Positions 36,634 to 45,645 of a stretch of 64,000 nt of DNA are shown piece by piece. Positions within the stretch are counted from its first letter, which is position 1, and every line of letters starts with the position of its first letter. The notes below the pieces were generated by a model. It saw only the letters and a program-made list of their open reading frames with translations, had not been told where the DNA came from and did no database searches. This DNA is from an uncultured Christensenellaceae bacterium. GTDB taxonomy: Bacteria > Bacillota > Clostridia > Christensenellales > UBA3700. Both the position numbers and the translations under genes were made by a program. The stretch is taken from NCBI GenBank assembly GCA_963931165.1, contig OZ006985.1, positions 975,900-1,039,899 on the forward strand, given 5' to 3'.

Positions 36634-38412
36634 ATGAAAGAGTTGACTTCCAACAAGCAAGTGCTCGACTTCGTGGAGCAGACTCGCAGACGCTGCCGTC
36701 CCGACAACGTCGTTTGGATCGACGGTTCTCAGGAACTGTACGACAAGCTGACCGCCGAGGCTATCTCGACCGGCGAGATGATCAAGCTCAACGAGGATCT
36801 GCTTCCCGGCTGCCTTCTCCACCGCACCAAGGAGAACGACGTCGCCCGCGTAGAGAACAGGACTTTCATCTGCTCCCGCAAGGAAGAGGACTGCGGCCCG
36901 ACCAACAATTGGTGGGAACCGTCCAAGGCGTATGAGACGCTGTACGGCATCCTCGACGGCGCGTACGAGGGCAGGACGATGTACGTCATCCCGTTCTCGA
37001 TGGGTCCGGTCGGCGGCAGACTGTCCAAGATCGGCATTGAGATCACCGACAGCATCTATGTCGTCCTCAACATGAGGATCATGACCCGCGTCGGCAAGAA
37101 CGTGCTCGACGCTCTCGGCGACAGCAACGACTTCGTCCGCGGCACCCACGCCAAGTGCGACGTCGATCCCGAGAAGAGATACATTTGCCAATTCCCCGAG
37201 GACAACGCGATCATCTCTGTCAACAGCGCATACGGCGGCAACGTGCTTTTGGGCAAAAAGTGCTTTGCTCTGCGCATAGCTTCCTATCAGGGCAAGAACG
37301 AGAACTGGATGGCTGAGCACATGCTCATCCTCGGCATCGAGAAGCCCAACAAGGAGACCGTTTACATGGCGGCGGCGTTCCCGTCCGCTTGCGGCAAGAC
37401 CAACCTCGCGATGCTCATTCCGCCGGAAGGCTATCGCAAGAACGGCTACAAGGTCTACACCGTAGGCGACGACATCGCTTGGATCAGAAAGGGCCCCGAC
37501 GGCAGACTGTATGCGATCAACCCCGAGAACGGCTTCTTCGGCGTCGCTCCCGGCACCAACGCCAAGTCCAACCCCAACGCGCTTGCGGCGACCAAGAAGA
37601 ACACCATCTTCACCAACGTCTGCCACAATCTCGAGAACAACACCGTTTGGTGGGAAGGTCTTGACAAGAATCCGCCCGAGAACGCGATCGACTGGAAGGG
37701 CAATCCCTGGAACGGCAAGACTTCGACCGAGAAGGGCGCTCACCCGAACAGCCGCTTCACCGCGCCGGCGATCAACTGCCCCTGCATCAGCCCCGAGTTC
37801 GAGAACGGCAACGGCGTGCCCATCAGCGCTTTCATCTTCGGCGGCAGAAGGGCGAAGACAGCTCCGCTCGTCTATCAGGCTAAGGATTGGGACAACGGCG
37901 TGTTCGTCGGCTCGATCATGGCTTCCGAGACCACCGCGGCGGCTGCCGGCAAGACCGGCGTCGTCAGAAGAGACCCGATGGCAATGCTCCCGTTCTGCGG
38001 CTACAACATGGGCGACTATTGGCAGCATTGGCTCGACATGGGCGCTTCGGTCGATGCGGACAAACAGCCCAAGTTCTTCAACGTCAACTGGTTCAGGACG
38101 GACGATGAGGGTCACTTCATCTGGCCGGGCTTCGGCGACAACATGAGAGTGCTCGACTGGATGCTCAAGCGCATCGAGGGCACCGTCGACGCGGTCGAGA
38201 CTCCGATCGGTCTCGTCCCCAAGGCTGAGGACATCAACATCGAAGGGCTCGACGACATCACCGTCGACACCGTCAAGGGTCTGTTGCAGATCGACAAGGA
38301 CAATTGGCGCGAAGAAGTCAAGGGCATCAAAGAATTTTATGCCAAGTTCGGCGACAAGCTCCCCAAGGAGTTGGCGAAGCAGGTCGAAGAGCTCGAGTCC
38401 AAGCTCGCTTGA
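36634..38412 (+). CDS. pck: Phosphoenolpyruvate carboxykinase (GTP)
   Basis: Full-length match to GTP-PEPCK (FPSACGKTN kinase-1a motif, WMAEHMLILG, NWFRTDDEGHFIWPGFGDN). Confidence 0.9.
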   Translation: MKELTSNKQVLDFVEQTRRRCRPDNVVWIDGSQELYDKLTAEAISTGEMIKLNEDLLPGCLLHRTKENDVARVENRTFICSRKEEDCGPTNNWWEPSKAYETLYGILDGAYEGRTMYVIPFSMGPVGGRLSKIGIEITDSIYVVLNMRIMTRVGKNVLDALGDSNDFVRGTHAKCDVDPEKRYICQFPEDNAIISVNSAYGGNVLLGKKCFALRIASYQGKNENWMAEHMLILGIEKPNKETVYMAAAFPSACGKTNLAMLIPPEGYRKNGYKVYTVGDDIAWIRKGPDGRLYAINPENGFFGVAPGTNAKSNPNALAATKKNTIFTNVCHNLENNTVWWEGLDKNPPENAIDWKGNPWNGKTSTEKGAHPNSRFTAPAINCPCISPEFENGNGVPISAFIFGGRRAKTAPLVYQAKDWDNGVFVGSIMASETTAAAAGKTGVVRRDPMAMLPFCGYNMGDYWQHWLDMGASVDADKQPKFFNVNWFRTDDEGHFIWPGFGDNMRVLDWMLKRIEGTVDAVETPIGLVPKAEDINIEGLDDITVDTVKGLLQIDKDNWREEVKGIKEFYAKFGDKLPKELAKQVEELESKLA

Positions 38413-38427
38413 CGCGACAAGACGATC

Positions 38428-38456
38428 AAACGGGAGGCGTTTGCCTCCCGTTTTTT
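38428..38456 (+). terminator. Rho-independent terminator after pck
   Basis: Stem AAACGGGAGGC/GCCTCCCGTTT followed by a T-run. Confidence 0.8.
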
Positions 38457-38558
38457 GCTGCGTTCGTACGGGACGCGCCGCCCGAACGCTTCGCGCGCGG
38501 AAGTCGCGCGCGTCATGTAAATTGTTTGTAAAAGATTTGTTTTACGCCGCCGCCGCCA

Positions 38559-38587
38559 TTTACAAAAGGCGAAAAGTGTTATATATT
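38559..38587 (+). promoter_or_regulatory. Promoter of the MMPL gene (TTTACA-N17-TATATT); the -10 ends 6 nt before the ATG (leaderless geometry)
   Basis: Hexamers at 38559-38564 and 38582-38587. There is no SD before ATG 38594. Confidence 0.5.
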
Positions 38588-38593
38588 TGAAGT

Positions 38594-40987
38594 ATGAAAA
38601 AGTTTGCGGCGTTCATAGTCAAATATCGACTCATCATCTTGGGGCTCATCCTGCTGGCGACCATCGCGTGTACTTTCGCGATGTTCTATGTCAACGTCAA
38701 TTCGGACATTTTGTCCTATCTGCCCGACGGCATGGAGATGACCGAAGGGCTTGACTTCATGCAGGAAAACTTCAATATGCAGGGCGACGCGATCATAGGC
38801 ATCAGAGGAGAGGGGTTGACCTATGAGTGGATGCAGCAATACACATCTGACCTCGCGGCAAAGTATTCGGTGGGCGACGACCCGGTGATCAAGCCGGGCG
38901 GCGTCATTTGGTACGGCATGATCAAGGAAATGGCGAGCGTCGACGACGGCGGAATGGGCTCGATGATCGACGGGCTTATCAAGGACTATGGTCTCACTTT
39001 CGAAAAGTTGATGGAGATCGCCCAAAGCATGGCGGAAAATCCCGAGATCGAGCAGATGTTCCACCCCGACGATCAGACCTATTTGATCATGTTGCAGCTG
39101 TCCGCGCCCAGCTCGTCCGACGAGGCTATGGACCTTTTGGACCACATCGAAAAGACCGTCACGGATGCCGGCTACGACGTCGCGCTCGGCGGCAGCAGCC
39201 AGATCACGCGCGACGTGTTCCAAAGCACGATCGGCGAGATCCCCAAATATCTCGTTGTCGGCATCTTGGTGATGTTCATCATATTGCTGTTGACGACGAC
39301 ATCGTTGATGGAGCCGATCATCTTCATGCTGACGCTCGGCGTGTCCATCATGGTCAATATGGGCACCAACATCATCTTGCCCAGCGTCAGCGTCATCACG
39401 TTCGCCGCGTCGTCCATCTTGCAGCTTGCGCTGTCGATGGACTATGCGATCTTCCTGATGCACCAATACGAACTCGAAAAGCAGTCGACGCTCGACAACC
39501 GTCTTGCGATGCAAAAGGCGATCCCCAAGACCTTCTCGACGATCGCCGCGTCGGCGCTGACGACGGTGGGCGGCTTCCTCGCGCTGTTCTTCATGAAGTT
39601 CGAGATCGGCGCAGACCTCGGGCTCGTGCTTGCAAAGGGCGTCGCGCTCAGTTTGCTCACGGTCATCTTTTTGCAGCCCAGCCTCATGCTGCTGTTCGAC
39701 AAGGCGAGAGAGAAGACAAAGCACCGCATCCTCGTCCCCAAATTCAAGACGACCAGCGGCTTTGCGGTCACCTATCGCAAGACGCTCGTCGTGATCGCGC
39801 TCATCTTGCTGATCCCGGTCGCGGTGTTGCAGGGCAAGGTGGAGCTGTCCTACATCAAGTTCACCGACGAAAACCCCAACCCCACGCAGGTGGAGCAGGT
39901 CGTCGACTCGATGAGCAACTCGGTCATTGTCATAGTGCCGACGGACACGGACGGCGACGGCGTGAACGACTATGACAGGCAATACGCGTTCATCGAGGAC
40001 GTCAAGGGCATGGATCACGACGTCACGGCTATGATGGGCTTGTTCACAATGATCCCCGAGGACGGCACGGGCATCATAGATATGGCGATCGACCTCAACG
40101 ATCCCGATTCCGAGTTCGCCAAGAAGATCGAAGATCTCTTGAAAATGGCGGAGGATTTTGGACCTGCCATGGGCATCGACATCGACGAGATGAAGGGCAT
40201 GCTCGACACCGCGAAGAACATGATAGGCGGCTTTGTCAACAACGGCTATACGATGTATACGATCATGATCGACTGCGAGGCGGAGTCTGCCGAGGCGGAG
40301 GCGGCGCTTGCGGACATACACGCGATACTCGGCGACTATTTCGGCGAAGATTACTATTTGACGGGCATGTCGCAGGCGGTCGAGGACCTCAAAGAGATCA
40401 CTCCCACCGACTTCAACATCGTGACGATCGTGTCCGTATTGATCATCTTGGTCGTGCTGTTGTTTACGCTGCGCTCGTTCAAGATGTCGGCGATCATCAT
40501 TGCGGTCATCGAGTTCGGCATCTTCCTCAACCTGACTTTGTGTTACATCGTCGGGCAGCAGATCAACTTCATGGCGTACATCATATTGAGTTCGATACAG
40601 CTCGGCGCAACGGTCGACTATGCGATCTTGTTCACAGTCAAGTACAAGAACTATCTCGGCGCTTTGCCGGCGAGACAGGCGGCGTACAAGGGCTTGACCG
40701 AGAGTGGTGTGTCGATCTTGACGTCCGTCGCGATCCTTGCCGGGTGCTGTCTGTCGGTTTCGCTGATCACCAGCAACCGCATCGTGTCCGAGATCACGAT
40801 GCTCATCGCGCGCGGCGCGATCATCAGCGGCATATTGGTGCTCGTGTTGCTGCCGGCGCTGCTGATCATGTTCACGGGCAATCAAAAGCTCAAGGGCGCG
40901 CGCATACGCAAGCGGCAGCGCAAGCTCTTCCGAAAGGAGACCGACCCCGACGAGGGCAAGGAAGAGATCAACGCTCAACAGGTTTGA
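38594..40987 (+). CDS. MMPL/RND-superfamily membrane transporter
   Basis: 797 aa with two blocks of about 6 TM helices, each preceded by a large soluble loop, arranged as in MMPL/YdfJ-type exporters. Confidence 0.75.
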   Translation: MKKFAAFIVKYRLIILGLILLATIACTFAMFYVNVNSDILSYLPDGMEMTEGLDFMQENFNMQGDAIIGIRGEGLTYEWMQQYTSDLAAKYSVGDDPVIKPGGVIWYGMIKEMASVDDGGMGSMIDGLIKDYGLTFEKLMEIAQSMAENPEIEQMFHPDDQTYLIMLQLSAPSSSDEAMDLLDHIEKTVTDAGYDVALGGSSQITRDVFQSTIGEIPKYLVVGILVMFIILLLTTTSLMEPIIFMLTLGVSIMVNMGTNIILPSVSVITFAASSILQLALSMDYAIFLMHQYELEKQSTLDNRLAMQKAIPKTFSTIAASALTTVGGFLALFFMKFEIGADLGLVLAKGVALSLLTVIFLQPSLMLLFDKAREKTKHRILVPKFKTTSGFAVTYRKTLVVIALILLIPVAVLQGKVELSYIKFTDENPNPTQVEQVVDSMSNSVIVIVPTDTDGDGVNDYDRQYAFIEDVKGMDHDVTAMMGLFTMIPEDGTGIIDMAIDLNDPDSEFAKKIEDLLKMAEDFGPAMGIDIDEMKGMLDTAKNMIGGFVNNGYTMYTIMIDCEAESAEAEAALADIHAILGDYFGEDYYLTGMSQAVEDLKEITPTDFNIVTIVSVLIILVVLLFTLRSFKMSAIIIAVIEFGIFLNLTLCYIVGQQINFMAYIILSSIQLGATVDYAILFTVKYKNYLGALPARQAAYKGLTESGVSILTSVAILAGCCLSVSLITSNRIVSEITMLIARGAIISGILVLVLLPALLIMFTGNQKLKGARIRKRQRKLFRKETDPDEGKEEINAQQV

Positions 40988-41001
40988 AACAGGTCAAAAA
41001 A

Positions 41002-41033
41002 GACCGCCGCAGATCGCGGCGGTCATATTTTTT
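41002..41033. terminator. Bidirectional terminator between the MMPL gene (+) and the acyltransferase gene (-)
   Basis: Stem GACCGCCGC/GCGGCGGTC flanked by an A-run and a T-run. Confidence 0.75.
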
Positions 41034-41041
41034 GCTTTTTG

Positions 41042-42028
41042 CTAAGTTCGATCTTCGTCTTTTGCGGCGGCGGCTTGAAGGAGCGGCTCTTCCTGCGCTT
41101 CGTTGGGGTCGTAAACGCCTCTCTCTCGGTCGAACGCAAGCCCGACAGTCTCGGCGCTGACCTTGCAGGCAAGCTCCGTCTCGACGGGCATCGTCGCGTA
41201 ATTCGACGGATCGATGTCATAGATGAGCGGATCGTCGACCTTGTAAAATTCGCGGTATTTGCGGATGTACATCTCCATTGCTCGGCGGTGCAGGTCGTTT
41301 TCGCGCTCCTTGAGCGGCAGCGACTTGTCGGGATACAGCGCCGGCATCACGAACAGGGTCACCTTGTAGGACGCCTTGAACAGCTTGCGAATGCCTGTCG
41401 GCTTGGAGTAGCAGAAGAACATCGGGACGACCGGCACGTCGTACTTGACCGCATAGTGGAACGAGCCCTTTTTGAACGGGCGCGGCTTGCGGAAGTTCAT
41501 CCACATCGATTGTTCGGGGTAGAAGTGGATGATGCGCTTGTCGGCGAGCAACTCTTTGAACGCGGCGTTGAGGTTGCGCATGCCCGAAAGGCAATTTTCG
41601 GGAGGGAGCGGAAGTACGCCGCCCGAGCGGAGCATAAGCCCGGCAAAGCCCGACTTGCTGTTGAAGTCGCCTACGGTCAGATAGTAACGCTTGCGCAGAC
41701 CGATCGCCTGACGCATCATCAAATTGTCGAGATAGTTGACGTGGTTCGAGATCGAGAAGCAGCCGGTTTCCTTGACCGCGTCGAAGTTCTCGCGTCCGAC
41801 GATCTTGCAGCCGAACAGCAACGAGTTGACGAGCGGACCCAGCCCGAGCATCAAGCCGCGAATGCAGCCGCTGAGGATGCGAAAGGACAGCTTGCGATTG
41901 ATATAGACATAGTCGCCGTCGACCTTGATGGTATGGTCATAGTTGTAGGGAGTGACGTCCTTGTTGAACTCGCCTTTTTTTTCGAGTTCCGCATAGGTTT
42001 CGTCGTACTTGGTGATCGCCATTTCCAC
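41042..42028 (-). CDS. Lysophospholipid / 1-acyl-sn-glycerol-3-phosphate acyltransferase family protein
   Basis: HxxxxD acyltransferase motif (ISNHVNYLDNL) and a FPEQS-type block. Confidence 0.7.
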   Translation of the reverse strand: MEMAITKYDETYAELEKKGEFNKDVTPYNYDHTIKVDGDYVYINRKLSFRILSGCIRGLMLGLGPLVNSLLFGCKIVGRENFDAVKETGCFSISNHVNYLDNLMMRQAIGLRKRYYLTVGDFNSKSGFAGLMLRSGGVLPLPPENCLSGMRNLNAAFKELLADKRIIHFYPEQSMWMNFRKPRPFKKGSFHYAVKYDVPVVPMFFCYSKPTGIRKLFKASYKVTLFVMPALYPDKSLPLKERENDLHRRAMEMYIRKYREFYKVDDPLIYDIDPSNYATMPVETELACKVSAETVGLAFDRERGVYDPNEAQEEPLLQAAAAKDEDRT

Positions 42029-42092
42029 CTCATGCGCGGCTATGTCGCCGCGAGAATATTATTTTCGGTCATTGCCGAATTATGCTATTTTC

Positions 42093-42121
42093 ATTATATA
42101 TTATCCATAATATGCTGTCAA
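42093..42121 (-). promoter_or_regulatory. Promoter of the acyltransferase gene (TTGACA-N17-TATAAT on the minus strand)
   Basis: Exact consensus: -35 is the complement of 42116-42121 and -10 the complement of 42093-42098. Confidence 0.6.
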
Positions 42122-42203
42122 GGCAAAATCTCGGCGGCTTTTTTTATCGGACAATTGTTGAAAAATATGTACGATATGCCGCGCGTTCGGCGCCATTTGA
42201 TAC

Positions 42204-42237
42204 GCAAAAAGCTCCCCCGTCGAGCGGACGGGGGAGC
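42204..42237 (-). terminator. Rho-independent terminator after serA
   Basis: 11-bp stem GCTCCCCCGTC/GACGGGGGAGC with a T-run on the minus strand. Confidence 0.75.
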
Positions 42238-42251
42238 GAAGGTGCGATGTG

Positions 42252-43412
42252 TCAATCGAACACTCTGACGCTGTAGAAGCCGTCTTGGGCGCACATGCGC
42301 GCGACGGTGTCTTCGTCGATCTTCGCGTCGATGTCCAGCAGCATATATCCCACTTCGCCGCGCGACGCGGAGACGAGGTTGGAGATGTTGATGCCGGCTT
42401 CGGAGATGAACGAAGTCGCGGTGGCGATCATGTTCGCGACGTTCCTGTGCAAGATGGTCACGCGGCACGCGGTCGTGCGCGGAGCCTTCGCCGCGGGGTA
42501 GTTGACGCTGTTGACGACGTTGCCGTTCTCGAGGTAGTCCTTGAGCTGTTTTGCCGCCATCACCGCGCAATTGTCTTCCGCTTCTGGCGTGGACGCGCCG
42601 AGATGGGGAAGGGTGACGATGTTGTCGTAGCCCAGCAACTCGGGCTTGGGAAGGTCGGTGATGTATCTGCCGACCTTGCCGTTCTTGACCGCTTCGACGA
42701 TGTCGGCGTTGTTGACGAGCTCGCCTCTCGCGCAATTGACGATGACGACGCCGGTCTTCATCGAGTCGATGCTTTCGGCGTTGACTATGTTCTTGGTCTG
42801 CGGTGTCGCGGGGACGTGCAGGGTGATGAAGTCGCTCTTTGCGAAGAGTTCGGTGACGTCGGTGATGTGCTCGACGTGCTTGTCGAGGAGCAGTGCGCCG
42901 TCCACGCTGAGGTAGGGGTCATAGCCGAGGACGTGCATGCCCAGCTCGACCGCCGCGTTGGCGACGAGTCTGCCGATCGCGCCAAGTCCGATGACGCCCA
43001 GCGTCTTGCCGGCGATCTCGCAGCCTATGAACGCCTTCTTGCCCTTTTCGACCTGCTTGTCGACGTCGTCGCCTTTGAGCGATTGCACCCAATTGATGCC
43101 TTGGACGATCTTGCGGCCGCCGAGGATGAGGCAGCACAGCACCAATTCTTTGACGGCGTTGGCGTTGGCGCCGGGGGTGTTGAACACGCAAATGCCCTTT
43201 TGGGTCATCTTGTCGATGGGGATGTTGTTGACTCCTGCGCCGGCTCTCGCGACCGCCTTGACGGAAGCGGGGACTTCATAGTCGTGCATATTGAAGCTGC
43301 GCAAAATGATCGCGTCGGGGGAGGCGCACTCGGAGGAGACGACATAGTCGTCGGTGCCGAGCACGCCGGTGACTTTGGGGCTGATCTCGTTGAGTTTGAG
43401 GATCTCGTACAT
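42252..43412 (-). CDS. serA: D-3-phosphoglycerate dehydrogenase (with C-terminal ACT domain)
   Basis: ATG 43412 behind GAGGTG. NAD-binding GLGAIGRLVA, catalytic RGxxV...H pattern, ACT-like tail. Confidence 0.85.
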   Translation of the reverse strand: MYEILKLNEISPKVTGVLGTDDYVVSSECASPDAIILRSFNMHDYEVPASVKAVARAGAGVNNIPIDKMTQKGICVFNTPGANANAVKELVLCCLILGGRKIVQGINWVQSLKGDDVDKQVEKGKKAFIGCEIAGKTLGVIGLGAIGRLVANAAVELGMHVLGYDPYLSVDGALLLDKHVEHITDVTELFAKSDFITLHVPATPQTKNIVNAESIDSMKTGVVIVNCARGELVNNADIVEAVKNGKVGRYITDLPKPELLGYDNIVTLPHLGASTPEAEDNCAVMAAKQLKDYLENGNVVNSVNYPAAKAPRTTACRVTILHRNVANMIATATSFISEAGINISNLVSASRGEVGYMLLDIDAKIDEDTVARMCAQDGFYSVRVFD

Positions 43413-43420
43413 AATGCACC

Positions 43421-44497
43421 TCAATTGGAGTGTTCGAGCTCGAACTTTTTCATGAACTCGATGAGTTTCTTGACGCCTTCGACGGGCATCGCGTTGTAGA
43501 TGGACGCTCTCATGCCGCCGACCAGCTTGTGACCTTTGATGGAGACGAGCCCGCCAGCTTCCGCCTCTTTGACGAATTGAGCGTCGAGGTCCTTGTCGCC
43601 GGTGACGAAGGGGACGTTCATGAACGAGCGGTCTTCGCGGACGACGTAGTTCTTGTACAATTTGCTGTTGTCGATGAAGTCGTACAGCAAGCCCGCCTTA
43701 TACTCGTTGATCTTTTGCATCTCGGCGACGCCGCCCAACTTTTTGAGGTGGCGCAGGTTGAGCATCGCCATATAGATGGAGAAGCAGGGCGGAGTGTTGT
43801 AGAGGCTGTCCGCGTCCGCTTGGGTCTTCCATTTGAGCATGGTGGGGCAGCCCTTCATACCGTCGCCGATCAAGTCCTCGCGGACGATGACGATGGTCAC
43901 GCCTGCGGGGGCGACGTTCTTTTGCGCGCCGGCATACAGCACGCCGTACTTGGAGACGTCCATGACCTCGGAGAGGATGTTGGACGACACGTCTGCGACC
44001 AACACGCCGCTCTTGGGTGTGGGGAGGGTGGCGTAGCGCGTGCCGAAGATGGTGTTGTTTTGGGTGATGTAGAGGTAGTCTACGCCGTCGCGCAGGTCGA
44101 GTTCTTTGGGAATGTAGGAGTATGCCTTGTCCTCGGACGACGCGGCGAGATGGATGTCGCCGTATTGCAGCGCGGCTTTGTACGCCTTTTTGGCGAAGTT
44201 GCCGGTGACGACATAGTCGGCTTTGCCCGATCCTGTCAGCAAGTTGAGGGGGATCGCATCGAATTGCTGTGAAGCGCCGCCCTGAACGAGCAAGATCTTG
44301 TAGTTGTCGGGGACGTTCATCAATTCGCGCAAGAGGGCGAGGCACTCTTGGTGGATCGCGTCATACCATTTGGAGCGGTGGCTCATCTCGGTCACGCTCA
44401 TGCCGCAGCCTTCGTAGTCGACAAAGTCTGCCTGAGCCTGTTGCAACACTTCGAGAGGAAGCATCGACGGGCCTGCGGAAAAGTTGTAAACTCTCAT
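43421..44497 (-). CDS. serC: Phosphoserine aminotransferase
   Basis: MRVYNFSAGPSMLP N-terminus; full-length class V aminotransferase pattern. Confidence 0.9.
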   Translation of the reverse strand: MRVYNFSAGPSMLPLEVLQQAQADFVDYEGCGMSVTEMSHRSKWYDAIHQECLALLRELMNVPDNYKILLVQGGASQQFDAIPLNLLTGSGKADYVVTGNFAKKAYKAALQYGDIHLAASSEDKAYSYIPKELDLRDGVDYLYITQNNTIFGTRYATLPTPKSGVLVADVSSNILSEVMDVSKYGVLYAGAQKNVAPAGVTIVIVREDLIGDGMKGCPTMLKWKTQADADSLYNTPPCFSIYMAMLNLRHLKKLGGVAEMQKINEYKAGLLYDFIDNSKLYKNYVVREDRSFMNVPFVTGDKDLDAQFVKEAEAGGLVSIKGHKLVGGMRASIYNAMPVEGVKKLIEFMKKFELEHSN

Positions 44498-44526
44498 AAT
44501 GTACTCCTAAATAAAAGTGTATCAAC

Positions 44527-44555
44527 ATTATAACTCACGCGCGCGCAAAAGGCAA
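44527..44555 (-). promoter_or_regulatory. Promoter of serC-serA (TTGCCT-N17-TATAAT on the minus strand)
   Basis: -10 is the complement of 44527-44532 and -35 the complement of 44550-44555. Confidence 0.55.
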
Positions 44556-44610
44556 CCCTTTGGCGCGCGATTGCGAATATTTTAACGAACGGCGCAATAA
44601 ATTGTAAATT

Positions 44611-45363
44611 GTGAAAGCGGTAATTCTCGCAGGCGGCAGGGGGAGCAGGCTGCGCCCGTTGACGGACGTCGTCCCCAAGCCGATGATCGAAGTGCACGGC
44701 AAGCCGGTGATGCAATATGTCGTCGAGGGGCTTGTCGCGGCAAAGATAACGGACATCGCGGTCGCGTTGTGCTATCTGCCCGAGGCTGTCGAGGGCTATT
44801 TCGGCGACGGGAGCGCGCTGGGCGCGCGCATGCGCTATTTTGTCGAGAGCGCGCCTCTCGGCACCGCCGGGGCGGTCAAGGCGGCGGAGGAGTTCTTGGA
44901 CGAGCCGTTTGTCGTCGCGAGCGCGGACGCGTTCACCGATATGGACTTTTCGGCGCTGTGCGAACGTCATATCAGCGGAGGCTTGCCCGTGACGATCGCC
45001 GTCGCAAAGGCGGATGACGTCTCTCAATTGGGCGCGGTGAAGGTGAGCGGCGGCAAGGTCGTCGCCTTGACCGAAAAGAGCGGAGTCAAAGAGAGCGGAC
45101 TTGTCAGCATGGGGATCTATTGTCTCGATCCGTCCGTGCTGTCGCTCATTCCGCCGGGGCAAAAGTATGACTTTGCCAAAGACCTTTTTCCGCGCCTTTT
45201 GGGCAAGATGGGCGCCCATTTGACCGATTGCAGATGGTGCGACGTCGGCACTCCGCAATCGTTGGCTCAAGCGAGCGCGGCGCCGCTCTCAAAAAATGGG
45301 AAATTGTTTTTTGCCCAGAGGTTTGACACGCCGAACATGGAGAGAATGAAAAATTACAAATAA
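44611..45363 (+). CDS. Sugar-phosphate nucleotidyltransferase (NTP_transferase family)
   Basis: GTG start. N-terminus MKAVILAGGRGSRLRPLTDVVPKPM is the classic G-rich loop. Confidence 0.75.
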   Translation: MKAVILAGGRGSRLRPLTDVVPKPMIEVHGKPVMQYVVEGLVAAKITDIAVALCYLPEAVEGYFGDGSALGARMRYFVESAPLGTAGAVKAAEEFLDEPFVVASADAFTDMDFSALCERHISGGLPVTIAVAKADDVSQLGAVKVSGGKVVALTEKSGVKESGLVSMGIYCLDPSVLSLIPPGQKYDFAKDLFPRLLGKMGAHLTDCRWCDVGTPQSLAQASAAPLSKNGKLFFAQRFDTPNMERMKNYK

Positions 45364-45463
45364 CGCATAAAGGGAGGTACAAAAGAAAGACAAACAAGAC
45401 ATCTATCTGACAAATTGCTGTGATACCGACCTCGGAGATCATCTAATTATCGGCGGTGAAACG

Positions 45464-45500
45464 AACGAAAAGCGAGAGCAAATGCCCTCGCTTTTCGTTT
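45464..45500 (+). terminator. Hairpin terminator downstream of the nucleotidyltransferase gene
   Basis: Perfect 13-bp stem AACGAAAAGCGAG/CTCGCTTTTCGTT with a 10-nt loop and a T-rich 3' arm. Confidence 0.55.
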
Positions 45501-45578
45501 GCGGTTTCGCGCCGGGTTTGTCGCTGCCGTTCATCTTTGCGCGGCGCATGCGGCTTGCCTTGCAAAAGGATAAAAAAA

Positions 45579-45607
45579 TTGACATCCGCGGTAATAATAT
45601 ATATAAT
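45579..45607 (+). promoter_or_regulatory. Sigma-A type promoter of the rnj operon (TTGACA-N17-TATAAT)
   Basis: Exact consensus hexamers at 45579-45584 and 45602-45607 with an A-tract upstream. Confidence 0.65.
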
Positions 45608-45645
45608 ATATCTTGAATAAGTATATGCGCGCAAGCGGAGGACAA

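Noticed and set aside
45364-45578. Possible small RNA or small ORFs in the 250-nt AT-richer spacer upstream of rnj (track ORFs 45439-45645, 45443-45652 and 45531-45806 on the minus strand; an SD-like AAGGGAGG at about 45370).
   Set aside because: No start codon follows the SD-like sequence. The minus-strand ORFs have no SD and run through the rnj promoter. Apart from the terminator hairpin at 45464-45500, I could not recognise any known RNA family. It remains unassigned.
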